A program made the translations under genes and the position numbers. A DNA stretch of 60,873 bases, filler included. It is 6 parts of 6 records of this genome, joined end to end, with 100 filler letters (N's around TTAATTAATTAA, not from the genome) between each part and the next. Parts side by side here need not be neighbours in the genome. Positions count along the whole stretch, not along the records: positions 5,321 to 13,804 come from SRR31156797_5567; positions 13,905 to 24,401 come from SRR31156797_5573; 4 more parts are not named here. One strand, written 5' to 3'. The notes beneath the pieces were generated by a model. It did not search any database. It had not been told where the DNA came from and saw only the letters and a list, made by a program, of their open reading frames with translations. Shown here piece after piece: positions 9,003 to 17,690 of the stretch; positions within the stretch are counted from its first letter, which is position 1; every line of letters begins with the position of its first letter.

Positions 9003-11054
9003 ATGAGACTTAAACCAAAAAATGGGCAGCCAGGTGAATCCGGATCATTCGGTTTCACTCTTTTAGAACTGCTTATTGTCCTTTTCATATTGGGATTGAT
9101 AGCAGCCCTGGCCATTCCCGCCATGGGCGTCCTTGATAACGCTGAACGGAGCAGGATTACCCGGGAGCGCATGGACCTGATCCGCCGGGCCATATTGGGA
9201 CCGGACAACTGTTTCGACTCAAAGGGACGCCCCATAATCGGCGGATATGTCGGCGATATGAAGGCCTGGCCGGACTTATGGGAGCCAAGAGCGGAAATCA
9301 AGCCGAATTTCAGCGGTACGGGCTGGGCGTCGCCCATGTCCATGACCGCCGGCCTTGGCCAGGGGCCGAGTTACACCCTTAATCCTTCGCATGTTTTTTT
9401 CCGGCCTTCCGGACATTTTGTCAAGGGCCGCTGGCAATGGAACCTTCCCTATAGAAAACTATATGACGATACAGGCGCTGCCGATCATGCGGGCGGACTA
9501 ACCACTGAAAACGAGGGCCAGCCCAGGGGGCTCTGGACGCGGTTTCCCGAAGACCTGACCGCGGACCTGCCCGGTCATCCCGCTCCCGGCGAAGATTTGG
9601 GCGACAATTGGAAAGGGCCTTATATTTTCAAGCCAATAAAGGAAAATCCTTCTGACAGCGACCATTGGGCTTCGACCGATGATGAATACGAGGCCCTGGA
9701 GCCGATTTGGCACACCAGCGGCACGCACGCCAATTACAACACGTGGGAAGAGGGTCACTACAATCCCGCCGCTGAACTGGGAGAAAATTTCGACGACAAG
9801 GAAGCCTTCCGCACACTTCAAAATGAAGGTCGTTTAACCGACGGCTGGGATCGGGCTTTCCGTTTTTTCATCACCCCGGACCCGGACTACGCCGGCGGCA
9901 CAATTTTCTGGATTCTATCCGAGGGGCCTGACGGAGAAGGAGTATACCCCAATAAAGGAGATTGCTCCGGCCACGTCTGGACCGTTGATGCCGGAGATAC
10001 CATGGCCTCGAACTATGACGAAACAGCCCCCAAGAATAAGGACAACATACTCCTGAAGCTTTATTCGCGGGACTGGCAGGTTATTTTTGACGCCGAGCAC
10101 AAAGAGAAGGAAAAACAGACCGATGAAATGCTGGCCCGGATAAAAGAGGCATTAATCGGCGACTCACCGGACAATCTTAATACAGGCTTTACCGGAGATA
10201 TAACCCGCCTGCCCCGACTGTTCAGGTGGGAAACTTCATTTTGGGATGACGAGGATGCATCCAATACTGCATATACAAAAGGCCAGCCGAGAGGGCTGTG
10301 GACGGACAAACCCAATAGCAGCGATCCATCCGATGATATCAACGGATCCTCCTGGGGCGTCGGCCGGCGTCATGGTTACATAAAAACTCCGCAGGGTGCG
10401 GAGGAACAAAACATTTTAACAGACGCGTGGGACAGGAAAATCCTTTTCTTCCGGGACGACGCCAATGACATGCTGCTGATCCTGTCCAGGGGCGCGGACG
10501 GTAAATTCGATTTCGGGACCGTTAATGCGGCCGGAACCGAGCCATTGGGTTTTATCGAGGCGGTTGACGCGACCGCTTATAATCCGGCGGCCGCGACAAA
10601 TATTGATAATAGAATACTGGTCGTGAGCTTGAAAGACTGGCATCCCGGCTTCTTTCGCCTGCTTCAGGTAACCGTAACCAACGCCTTTTTGAACGATCCC
10701 GCCCAGGGCACGACCAAGGCCAGGTTTTTCAGGGCGGACGGCGTCCCGGTCGCCGGGATTGACCTGCTGGTTCCCACGATTTTGACGGATGAAGATGGAG
10801 ACGCCTTTTTGGACGACTGGTCCGCCGGCGACGGCACTGCGGTCAACCCGGCTTTCAATTACGACGATGTTTCCGCTCAAAAAGCGTTCACGGGGGCAAG
10901 GTACATGGTTGTGTGGAACGACAGCAACGGCAATGACGATATCGACAGCGGGGAAAATTGCTATTCAATAATATACAACGTCACGGCCGCGGCCGGGACG
11001 GGACAGTACGGCGCCGTAACCGTGGACACGGGCGATTTCCGGGCTCTGCCCTGA
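9003..11054 (+). CDS. Very large prepilin-like protein with two tandem GspG-like domains (start 9003 or TTG 8964)
   Basis: FG|FTLLELLIVLFILGLIAALAIP N-methylation motif; duplicated GQPRGLWT, LTD[GA]WDR and ILSxGxDG motifs. Confidence 0.85.
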   Translation: MRLKPKNGQPGESGSFGFTLLELLIVLFILGLIAALAIPAMGVLDNAERSRITRERMDLIRRAILGPDNCFDSKGRPIIGGYVGDMKAWPDLWEPRAEIKPNFSGTGWASPMSMTAGLGQGPSYTLNPSHVFFRPSGHFVKGRWQWNLPYRKLYDDTGAADHAGGLTTENEGQPRGLWTRFPEDLTADLPGHPAPGEDLGDNWKGPYIFKPIKENPSDSDHWASTDDEYEALEPIWHTSGTHANYNTWEEGHYNPAAELGENFDDKEAFRTLQNEGRLTDGWDRAFRFFITPDPDYAGGTIFWILSEGPDGEGVYPNKGDCSGHVWTVDAGDTMASNYDETAPKNKDNILLKLYSRDWQVIFDAEHKEKEKQTDEMLARIKEALIGDSPDNLNTGFTGDITRLPRLFRWETSFWDDEDASNTAYTKGQPRGLWTDKPNSSDPSDDINGSSWGVGRRHGYIKTPQGAEEQNILTDAWDRKILFFRDDANDMLLILSRGADGKFDFGTVNAAGTEPLGFIEAVDATAYNPAAATNIDNRILVVSLKDWHPGFFRLLQVTVTNAFLNDPAQGTTKARFFRADGVPVAGIDLLVPTILTDEDGDAFLDDWSAGDGTAVNPAFNYDDVSAQKAFTGARYMVVWNDSNGNDDIDSGENCYSIIYNVTAAAGTGQYGAVTVDTGDFRALP

Positions 11055-11121
11055 CAAGTAATGCAAAGCGCAGCTTGGCGGGAAGATGAGTATATGAATG
11101 GAATACGAGAGATGATCAATA

Positions 11122-12627
11122 ATGTTGTTTAATTCCCAACGAATGATTGCCGTGGAAATGGCCGGCGACGAAATTCGTGCGGCGGTGGTGCGTAAAAAGG
11201 GCCGGTCATTTGAAGTTGTTGATTACTCTGCGGTCAAAAAGGCCGATCCCCAGGACGATCTTCCGGATGTTGAAGCCCTTAAAGCCCTTTGCGAGCGTTT
11301 GGACATAGCAACAGGCCCGGCCGTGCTGGTGACGCCCATGGCCCGGGCTTTTGAAATGTACATGAACCGTAACAAGATAGCGAAGATGAAACACTACCAG
11401 CTTCTTGAAACGGCCAAATGGGAAGTCGAACCGTACACGGGCATAAGCGGGAGCAACGCCCTGATCGGAGCGGAACAGGAGCGCCGGCCGGAAAGGGATC
11501 CCGGAGAAATTGTGGATGAGGATGAAGACGAACAAATCTCGGTGACCATTACGGCGATAGAACGGAATGTATACAGGGCGATCCGCGCGCGTTTAAAGGC
11601 GGCCGGGCTCACCCTGGTGCGCATATATCCGCCCGAATTGACCTTTTATTACGTGTTGTTCTTACATAATGTTAAAAACCCAAGGGCTCTGCTGGAAGTG
11701 GGCCGCGACTACTCCAGCTTCGCCCTTGTAAAGGGCGACCTGCCTGAGCAGGCCGAGACTTTAAACCTGAGCCTGGACGCCTTGCAGGATCACATTAACG
11801 GCGATGAATCATCTTTTGATTTGGTGGATGCTCTCAGAATGACAGTAGGCCAGGCGCCTGATCCGGAACCACTGCTTGTCACCGGCCCCGGCGCCGGATT
11901 CCCCCCAATAGTCGAATTCATATCCCAATACAGCCCGACCGGCGCCCTGGCCCTGGATATTCCTCGAACCGCAGGCGTTTCCGAATCAAGGAGGGATGGG
12001 GCCGGCGTTATGTACGGCACGGCTGTTGGCGCGGCTGTTCGGGAGCTCAAGGGGAGAATTGATCGCCAGGCCGGCATAAGCGATCGCATGCCGCTGATTC
12101 CGCGTCTTAAGAAAAACGCCAATGTAGTCCCCCTGGCGGTCACCATCGGCCTGCTGCTGATATTAAGCGGACACTATCAATACATGAAATACAAGGACAG
12201 GGTGTACAAGGCGCGCATAGAAACCCTCAAGAATGAACTGAAGAGCCGTAAAGCGGATATTGCCAAGTATAAAAAGCTGGTTGCGGAAAGTGACAAAATC
12301 AAAAAGGATATTGTTCTGGCCGGCAAAAGGCTTAAATATGTTGAAGGGCAGTCGGATGAAAACCTGGAGCACATCATTTCCTGCATCTCCGGGCTGGCCG
12401 AAGCTCTTTCCGACGAGATCATGCTCGTTTCCATAAGCCAGATGAATTCAAACAACTATCTTGTAATCGGCGCGGCTTTTGACCTGAAAGCCCTTGGGTC
12501 TTATACAACCCGGCTTCAGGAATCGCCTTGGTGTTCATCGGCCGTACTTAACAAACTTGAAAAAGGAAAGGGCCCCAACCGCCTGGATTTCGAGCTATTG
12601 CTCAACGCCCGCCGCAACCCGGTATGA
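11122..12627 (+). CDS. PilM-PilN fusion (GspL-like) assembly platform protein
   Basis: N-terminal actin-like PilM pattern (IAVEMAGDEIRAAVV), single TM (VVPLAVTIGLLLIL), coiled coil, then PilN-like C-terminus; operon context. Confidence 0.72.
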   Translation: MLFNSQRMIAVEMAGDEIRAAVVRKKGRSFEVVDYSAVKKADPQDDLPDVEALKALCERLDIATGPAVLVTPMARAFEMYMNRNKIAKMKHYQLLETAKWEVEPYTGISGSNALIGAEQERRPERDPGEIVDEDEDEQISVTITAIERNVYRAIRARLKAAGLTLVRIYPPELTFYYVLFLHNVKNPRALLEVGRDYSSFALVKGDLPEQAETLNLSLDALQDHINGDESSFDLVDALRMTVGQAPDPEPLLVTGPGAGFPPIVEFISQYSPTGALALDIPRTAGVSESRRDGAGVMYGTAVGAAVRELKGRIDRQAGISDRMPLIPRLKKNANVVPLAVTIGLLLILSGHYQYMKYKDRVYKARIETLKNELKSRKADIAKYKKLVAESDKIKKDIVLAGKRLKYVEGQSDENLEHIISCISGLAEALSDEIMLVSISQMNSNNYLVIGAAFDLKALGSYTTRLQESPWCSSAVLNKLEKGKGPNRLDFELLLNARRNPV

Positions 12628-13160
12628 AAAAGCTGTCCAAATTCGAAAAGATGGGAATTGTTGCGGCGATTATAATCGCCTGCACTTTTTTCTATGTCAA
12701 AAAAGTGTATGAACCCCAGGAAGCCAGGTTAAAGAAGACCGTGCAAAGCCTTAACAAGGTAGTCGAGGAAATCAACAGCCTCAAGGACACGCCGCCGCCG
12801 GCCTCGGTGGCGAAATCCCTGAAAAAAAGCAAAAAGGCCCTCGATTATTTAAACAAACGCCTGGATGGAATGATGGTGCGCACTGGTGCGGACCGGGAAA
12901 TAACCAACCTGTTAAGCGACATCAACCGGATGATCGCCGCCAATGGTTTAAGGGTCAACAAACTGACCCCGAAAGGGCGGGTAACAGATGAATTATTGGA
13001 ATGGACCCGGTTCGATATCGACCTGGCGGGTTCTTTTGACGACTTCCTGCTATTTCTTAAGGATTTACGGGAATTGAAAGATGCGGTCAAGGTTGAGGAA
13101 GTGAATATAGAAAAAAATAGCGAAGAGCGATTACATATAAAGCTCAAATTGATGATTTAA
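12624..13160 (+). CDS. pilO: PilO/GspM-like inner-membrane alignment protein
   Basis: N-terminal TM, coiled coil, and the PilO-type motif IDLAGSFDDFLLFLKDL; ATGA overlap with the upstream gene. Confidence 0.78.
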   Translation: MKKLSKFEKMGIVAAIIIACTFFYVKKVYEPQEARLKKTVQSLNKVVEEINSLKDTPPPASVAKSLKKSKKALDYLNKRLDGMMVRTGADREITNLLSDINRMIAANGLRVNKLTPKGRVTDELLEWTRFDIDLAGSFDDFLLFLKDLRELKDAVKVEEVNIEKNSEERLHIKLKLMI

Positions 13161-13174
13161 AGGCAGAGGGTAAT

Positions 13175-13552
13175 ATGTGGAAAAAATCAACCGCGCTGGC
13201 TTTGCTGCTTGCGCTCATCGGCGGATCAACCGCCTTTGCGGAAAAAGCAAGAAATCCATTCGAGCTGCCCGCAACATCGGAGAACAGATATCATTACGAG
13301 CAGGCTATTCAGAAGGTTCTGGTGCAGGGCATTGTCCAGTCTTATTCAACTGAACACGTCATCATCCGTATAAAGGACATAGACGGCCTGGCCGTGCTTA
13401 AAAATGGAGAATCCTTTGCCCTGGATTACCAGGGTGTGCAGCACACTTTCAAGGTTGGTGAAATAGGGGGAAAAAGCGTCTGGTTTCAAGCCCCTCCCCC
13501 GTTAAAAAATCCGAATCAACGGGGTAAGCGATTTGAGGTGTTTATTCGATGA
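13175..13552 (+). CDS. PilP/GspC-like periplasmic protein
   Basis: Signal peptide (AFA), RNPF motif and a beta-rich domain (LVQGIV...VGEIGGKSV) typical of PilP; position after pilO. Confidence 0.55.
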   Translation: MWKKSTALALLLALIGGSTAFAEKARNPFELPATSENRYHYEQAIQKVLVQGIVQSYSTEHVIIRIKDIDGLAVLKNGESFALDYQGVQHTFKVGEIGGKSVWFQAPPPLKNPNQRGKRFEVFIR

Positions 13553-13804
13553 ACAGACTGATATCTATACTTCTGTGCGCATTTCTGGCTGCCTCATTTA
13601 CCGCCTGCGCCTCGGTCAAGGAAAAATTCGAACCGATGAAGGGGCCCACATTCAACACCAAGGGCCCCGGGAAGGTCCCTTTATCAGAAACCGTTAAGCC
13701 TCCCAAGTCCAAGCCCATAGTCAGAATAATCAAAGGATCCCCCGTGGAAGACATCGAGGCCTTCCGGCAAAGGCTGGCCCGGGAATCCAGGCGCAACAGG
13801 GGGA
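13549..13804 (+). CDS. Lipoprotein N-terminus, truncated by contig end; possible secretin
   Basis: Lipobox-like FTAC after a hydrophobic stretch; ATGA overlap. The secretin call rests only on the pilMNOPQ gene order. Confidence 0.5.
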
Positions 13805-13904
13805 NNNNNNNNNNNNNNNNNNNNNNNNNNNNNNNNNNNNNNNNNNNNTTAATTAATTAANNNNNNNNNNNNNNNNNNNNNNNNNNNNNNNNNNNNNNNN
13901 NNNN
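13805..13904. other. Artificial contig spacer
   Basis: N44-TTAATTAATTAA-N44; abrupt change from GC-rich to AT-rich sequence. Confidence 0.98.
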
Positions 13905-13944
13905 ACAGCTTCGCTTTTATTTCATAAAAGCTCCTTTTGGTCTA

Positions 13945-14592
13945 TTACTTTAAATCTGAATATATAGTTTTTGCATCTATTATCTCATCAATATAATAAT
14001 CCGATATACTTTTTAACTCGCTATTATTTACCCCTACTGCTGTCATGCCAGCACGCTTTGCAGCAGTTATACCTGCCTCAGCATCCTCAAATACTACACA
14101 ATCCTTTGGATCAATTCCCAGCTTGTTGCTGGAATAAAGGAAAACTTCTGGATCAGGTTTTGCCTTTGATACAACATTACCATCAGCGATACAATCAAAG
14201 TAGTTTCTCAACTCAAGATTATCAATAATAATATCTGAGTTTCTGCTGGCAGTGCCAAGTGCTATTAGTATATTATCATCTGTTAACTGCTTAAAGAATT
14301 CAGTAACTCCTTCGAAAAGTTCAGACTTGGGCATTCCCTTAATATACCTTTGGTATCTATCATTCTTTCTTGATGCCATCTCTCGCTTTTCTTCAATTGA
14401 AAATTTGTCAAGCATACCGCCTGTTTCCAGAAGAAAGTCCAGCGAAGCCATTCTAGATACACCCTTAAGTCTTTGATTATGCTCCTCAGTAAACTCAAAA
14501 CCTAATTCATCTGCTAAGCTTTTCCAAGCCAAATAATGATACTTTGCAGTATCTACCAATACTCCATCTAAGTCAAAAATTGCGAGTTTCAT
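13945..14592 (-). CDS. pgmB: Beta-phosphoglucomutase (HAD family)
   Basis: IFDLDGVLVDTAKYHYLAW, LKGVSRM, KPDPEVF and VFEDAEAG motifs; clustered with GH65. Confidence 0.93.
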   Translation of the reverse strand: MKLAIFDLDGVLVDTAKYHYLAWKSLADELGFEFTEEHNQRLKGVSRMASLDFLLETGGMLDKFSIEEKREMASRKNDRYQRYIKGMPKSELFEGVTEFFKQLTDDNILIALGTASRNSDIIIDNLELRNYFDCIADGNVVSKAKPDPEVFLYSSNKLGIDPKDCVVFEDAEAGITAAKRAGMTAVGVNNSELKSISDYYIDEIIDAKTIYSDLK

Positions 14593-14616
14593 AATAGTTA
14601 CCATCCTTATTAATAT

Positions 14617-15456
14617 TTATTTTTCTCCATCCATCCGAACCCCCTGCATAAAGAATTTATTCAATATAATATACAGTACCAAAATCGGTATCATGGATAT
14701 AACACTAGCAGCCATAACCTCATCCCATTGTGTAATGGAACCATGCTGGCTCATCATTGTCTGAATACCTACTGTCAAAGTATACTTGGCTGGGGTTGAT
14801 AAGTAAAGTTTATATTTTAGAAATTCATTCCAAAAGCCAAGGAATATGAATACTGTCTGTGTTGCAATAATAGGCTTAGCAAGAGGAATAGCAATTCTAA
14901 AGAACACTCCCAATCTATTAAGTCCATCTATTGACGCAGCTTCTTCTACATCTCTTGGGAAGTTAATATAATACTGCCTCATCATAAAGATATATGTAAT
15001 ATTTATTGCAGATGGTACTATTACAGCAGCGAAGCTGTCAATCATATTTAGTTCTTTAACTATTAAATAATTGGGTATCAGCAACACCTGACCTGGTACC
15101 ATGATTGTTGCCAGCAATAGATAAAACACCATATCTCTGCCCTTAAAATATACCCTGGCAAGTGAATATCCTGCCAAAGAGTTTAGAATAACATTAACTC
15201 CTGTTCCTACAAAACATACAATGAACGAGTTGAATATCCATCGTATGAACAATGAAGAACTACTGAAGAGTTTGTTATATGCGTCTGTTGTAAATTCCTC
15301 CGGTATAAGTCGTATTGTACCAGATACTATTTCTCTATATGGTTTAAATGATGCTGAAACACCCCACAAGAAAGGAAATAATGTCAACAATGCATAGGTT
15401 ATTAATATTATATAAAGTAGAAGTTTAACTACTTTTCCAAATGTTATTTTCATCAT
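14617..15456 (-). CDS. Carbohydrate ABC transporter permease (MalG-like)
   Basis: Multiple TM helices; EAA loop EEAASIDG. Confidence 0.93.
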   Translation of the reverse strand: MMKITFGKVVKLLLYIILITYALLTLFPFLWGVSASFKPYREIVSGTIRLIPEEFTTDAYNKLFSSSSLFIRWIFNSFIVCFVGTGVNVILNSLAGYSLARVYFKGRDMVFYLLLATIMVPGQVLLIPNYLIVKELNMIDSFAAVIVPSAINITYIFMMRQYYINFPRDVEEAASIDGLNRLGVFFRIAIPLAKPIIATQTVFIFLGFWNEFLKYKLYLSTPAKYTLTVGIQTMMSQHGSITQWDEVMAASVISMIPILVLYIILNKFFMQGVRMDGEK

Positions 15457-15468
15457 ATTTCTCCTTTC

Positions 15469-16389
15469 TTAATATATTGGGTTGTCAGAATTCATTACTT
15501 TTCTACTAATCATAGATATTGTAAATATAAGTATTGAAAGAATAATCGCAATCGCACTAGCATAACCCATAGTATTGCCCTGGCCGAATGCATAACGATA
15601 AATCAACAATGCCACTGTTAGTGTAGAATTCTCTGGCCCGCCTGAACCGTTGGAGAAAATAAACGCCTGATCAAACATTTGGAGTGTACCTATTATGCCC
15701 ATCAGCACAACAAATGTCGTAACTGGACTTACATGAGGAACAGTTATTTTGAAAAATTTCTGTACTGCAGTTGCACCATCTACATCTGCTGCCTCATAGA
15801 GAGATTTGGGTATATCCTGTAATGAAGATAAATATACAATCATAAAGAAAGGTACAGTCGACCATATATTCATTACCATAATAACCGATAATGTAAAATC
15901 ACTATCATTAAGGAAATTAATTGGCTTCTCAAGTATAGACATATCAGTCAGTACAGTATTCAAAGGTCCGCTCAGACTGAATACAAACATAAAAAGCATA
16001 GTTAATGCTGCACTGGATGTCAGCGTGGGTAAGAAATATATAGTCCTGAATAGCATTTTACCTCTAAGCTTTGCGTTTAATACTGCTGCCATAATCAAGG
16101 CCAGAGCAGTCTGAATAGGAACTACTACTGCAGAAAACTTAAGAGTATTCATCAAGGCAACTTTTGTTTTTGTATCAGTAAAAAGTCGTTTGTAGTTGGT
16201 AAATCCAATAAAATCATATGTTTTCTTTATAAGGCTTACCTTGTGAAATGAAAGATAAACAGAGAACCCTATTGATATTACAACAAATATTAAAACTATA
16301 ACAAGGGCTGGGGCTATGAAACCCCATCCCTGTAGATTCGTTTTAAGTGATTTAAAAGACTTCTTTTTTGATTTCTTTTTCTCACTCAT
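15469..16389 (-). CDS. Carbohydrate ABC transporter permease (MalF-like)
   Basis: Multiple TM helices; EAA loop LYEAADVDGA. Confidence 0.93.
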   Translation of the reverse strand: MSEKKKSKKKSFKSLKTNLQGWGFIAPALVIVLIFVVISIGFSVYLSFHKVSLIKKTYDFIGFTNYKRLFTDTKTKVALMNTLKFSAVVVPIQTALALIMAAVLNAKLRGKMLFRTIYFLPTLTSSAALTMLFMFVFSLSGPLNTVLTDMSILEKPINFLNDSDFTLSVIMVMNIWSTVPFFMIVYLSSLQDIPKSLYEAADVDGATAVQKFFKITVPHVSPVTTFVVLMGIIGTLQMFDQAFIFSNGSGGPENSTLTVALLIYRYAFGQGNTMGYASAIAIILSILIFTISMISRKVMNSDNPIY

Positions 16390-16418
16390 TTTACTCCTCC
16401 TTCAAGAGCGATGATATC

Positions 16419-17690
16419 TTATTGGTTAGCTTCGATATCTGAGTTAGCTTCGTCTTGTGCCATTGTTAGAGCGTCTTCAAGAGTACGATCACCTTTTGCT
16501 ACTGAAGGTATATAGTTGCTGTAGCCTAAGCTAATTGTACCAAGAGTTGTTGAACCTGTCCATGATGTAGCGTATTCTGCTGCTGCAACGTGTGCTGCTT
16601 TGTATTCATCTTCTGCAACCATTGTTTCTTCTGCAACATCAGCTCTTGGAGGCAATACACCTGCGCCTTCTGTCCAGATTGATAAGCCTTCACCAGAAGC
16701 AAACTTAATGAATTCTGCTGCTGCGTCTTCATTTTCTGTTGCTGCGTTCATTCCCCAGCCAACTGTAAATGTCATTGCGCCTTTTTGTCCCTTATATGTT
16801 GGAATTTCAACTACGCCAAATTCTACATCAGAGAAGTTTTGCTGTAAGTGTCCTAGTGTCCAGTTACCTTCTATCATCATAGCAGTTGTTTCATTACCGA
16901 AAGCATCACCGTTCCAACCCTGACCTAAGTCAGCAGGTGTCATTACTTTGCCGGCAATAGCTGCATCGTATAGTGGTGTTAAGTTCTCTACAATTTCTGG
17001 GTCTGCTACGTTTGAGTAAATACCTTCTTTAAAGATTGATGCACCAGTAACTTCTGCTAAGAACATATTGCGTGCTAAGTCTGCGTTGTATGTCATTGCA
17101 ATCATACCCTCTGGCAGAGTTGCCTGAACTTGATCTAGGAAGCCGCCGTCTGTCCAGAACTCTTCAAGTGTTTCAGGGATATCTTCTTCATTAACGTAAG
17201 CTTTGTTGTAGTACAGTGCAAGTGTTGAGAAGTCCTTTGGTACTGAATAGTATACACCATCTTTTACAAATGGTTCTAATAATGCAGCATAGAATTTATC
17301 TAGTTCATATTCTGCTGCGTCTAGTGGAGCCAATACTTCCTCTTGGATGAAATATGGTGCTGCATATGCATCTACATAGAATACATCTGGTGCTGTACCA
17401 CCAACGAATTCTGCAAACAGCTCTGTTTGATAATCTGTATATACTTTTTCAGTTACTTCTATGCCTGTAGTTTCAGTAAAAGCTGTCAGTAATTCAGCGA
17501 ATGCTGCAGTTTCTGCATCATTACCGCCCCATCTGCCTACTGTGATTGATTGTGTCTCTGTTGGTTGCTCTTCAGTTGTTTCAGCTTTAGTTTCTGCTGG
17601 TTGTGCTTCTTCTGCCGTCTCATTACTTGAGCATGCTGCAAAAGATAATGCAAGTACTAAAACCATTGCTAAAAGTATTACTTTTTTCAT
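16419..17690 (-). CDS. Sugar ABC transporter substrate-binding lipoprotein
   Basis: Lipobox FAAC, acidic linker, family-1 SBP motifs (APDVFY, LYYNK, AMMIEGNW). Confidence 0.92.
   Translation of the reverse strand: MKKVILLAMVLVLALSFAACSSNETAEEAQPAETKAETTEEQPTETQSITVGRWGGNDAETAAFAELLTAFTETTGIEVTEKVYTDYQTELFAEFVGGTAPDVFYVDAYAAPYFIQEEVLAPLDAAEYELDKFYAALLEPFVKDGVYYSVPKDFSTLALYYNKAYVNEEDIPETLEEFWTDGGFLDQVQATLPEGMIAMTYNADLARNMFLAEVTGASIFKEGIYSNVADPEIVENLTPLYDAAIAGKVMTPADLGQGWNGDAFGNETTAMMIEGNWTLGHLQQNFSDVEFGVVEIPTYKGQKGAMTFTVGWGMNAATENEDAAAEFIKFASGEGLSIWTEGAGVLPPRADVAEETMVAEDEYKAAHVAAAEYATSWTGSTTLGTISLGYSNYIPSVAKGDRTLEDALTMAQDEANSDIEANQ

Noticed and set aside
8192-13796. Minus-strand ORFs of 60-205 aa across the pilin operon
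   Set aside because: Antisense to well-supported genes in GC-rich DNA; no recognisable motifs.
13913-13935. AGGAG-ATG-AAA-TAA minigene after pgmB
   Set aside because: It coincides with a GCTTTTAT/ATAAAAGC hairpin at the contig edge; more simply a terminator-like stem, and cannot be evaluated further.
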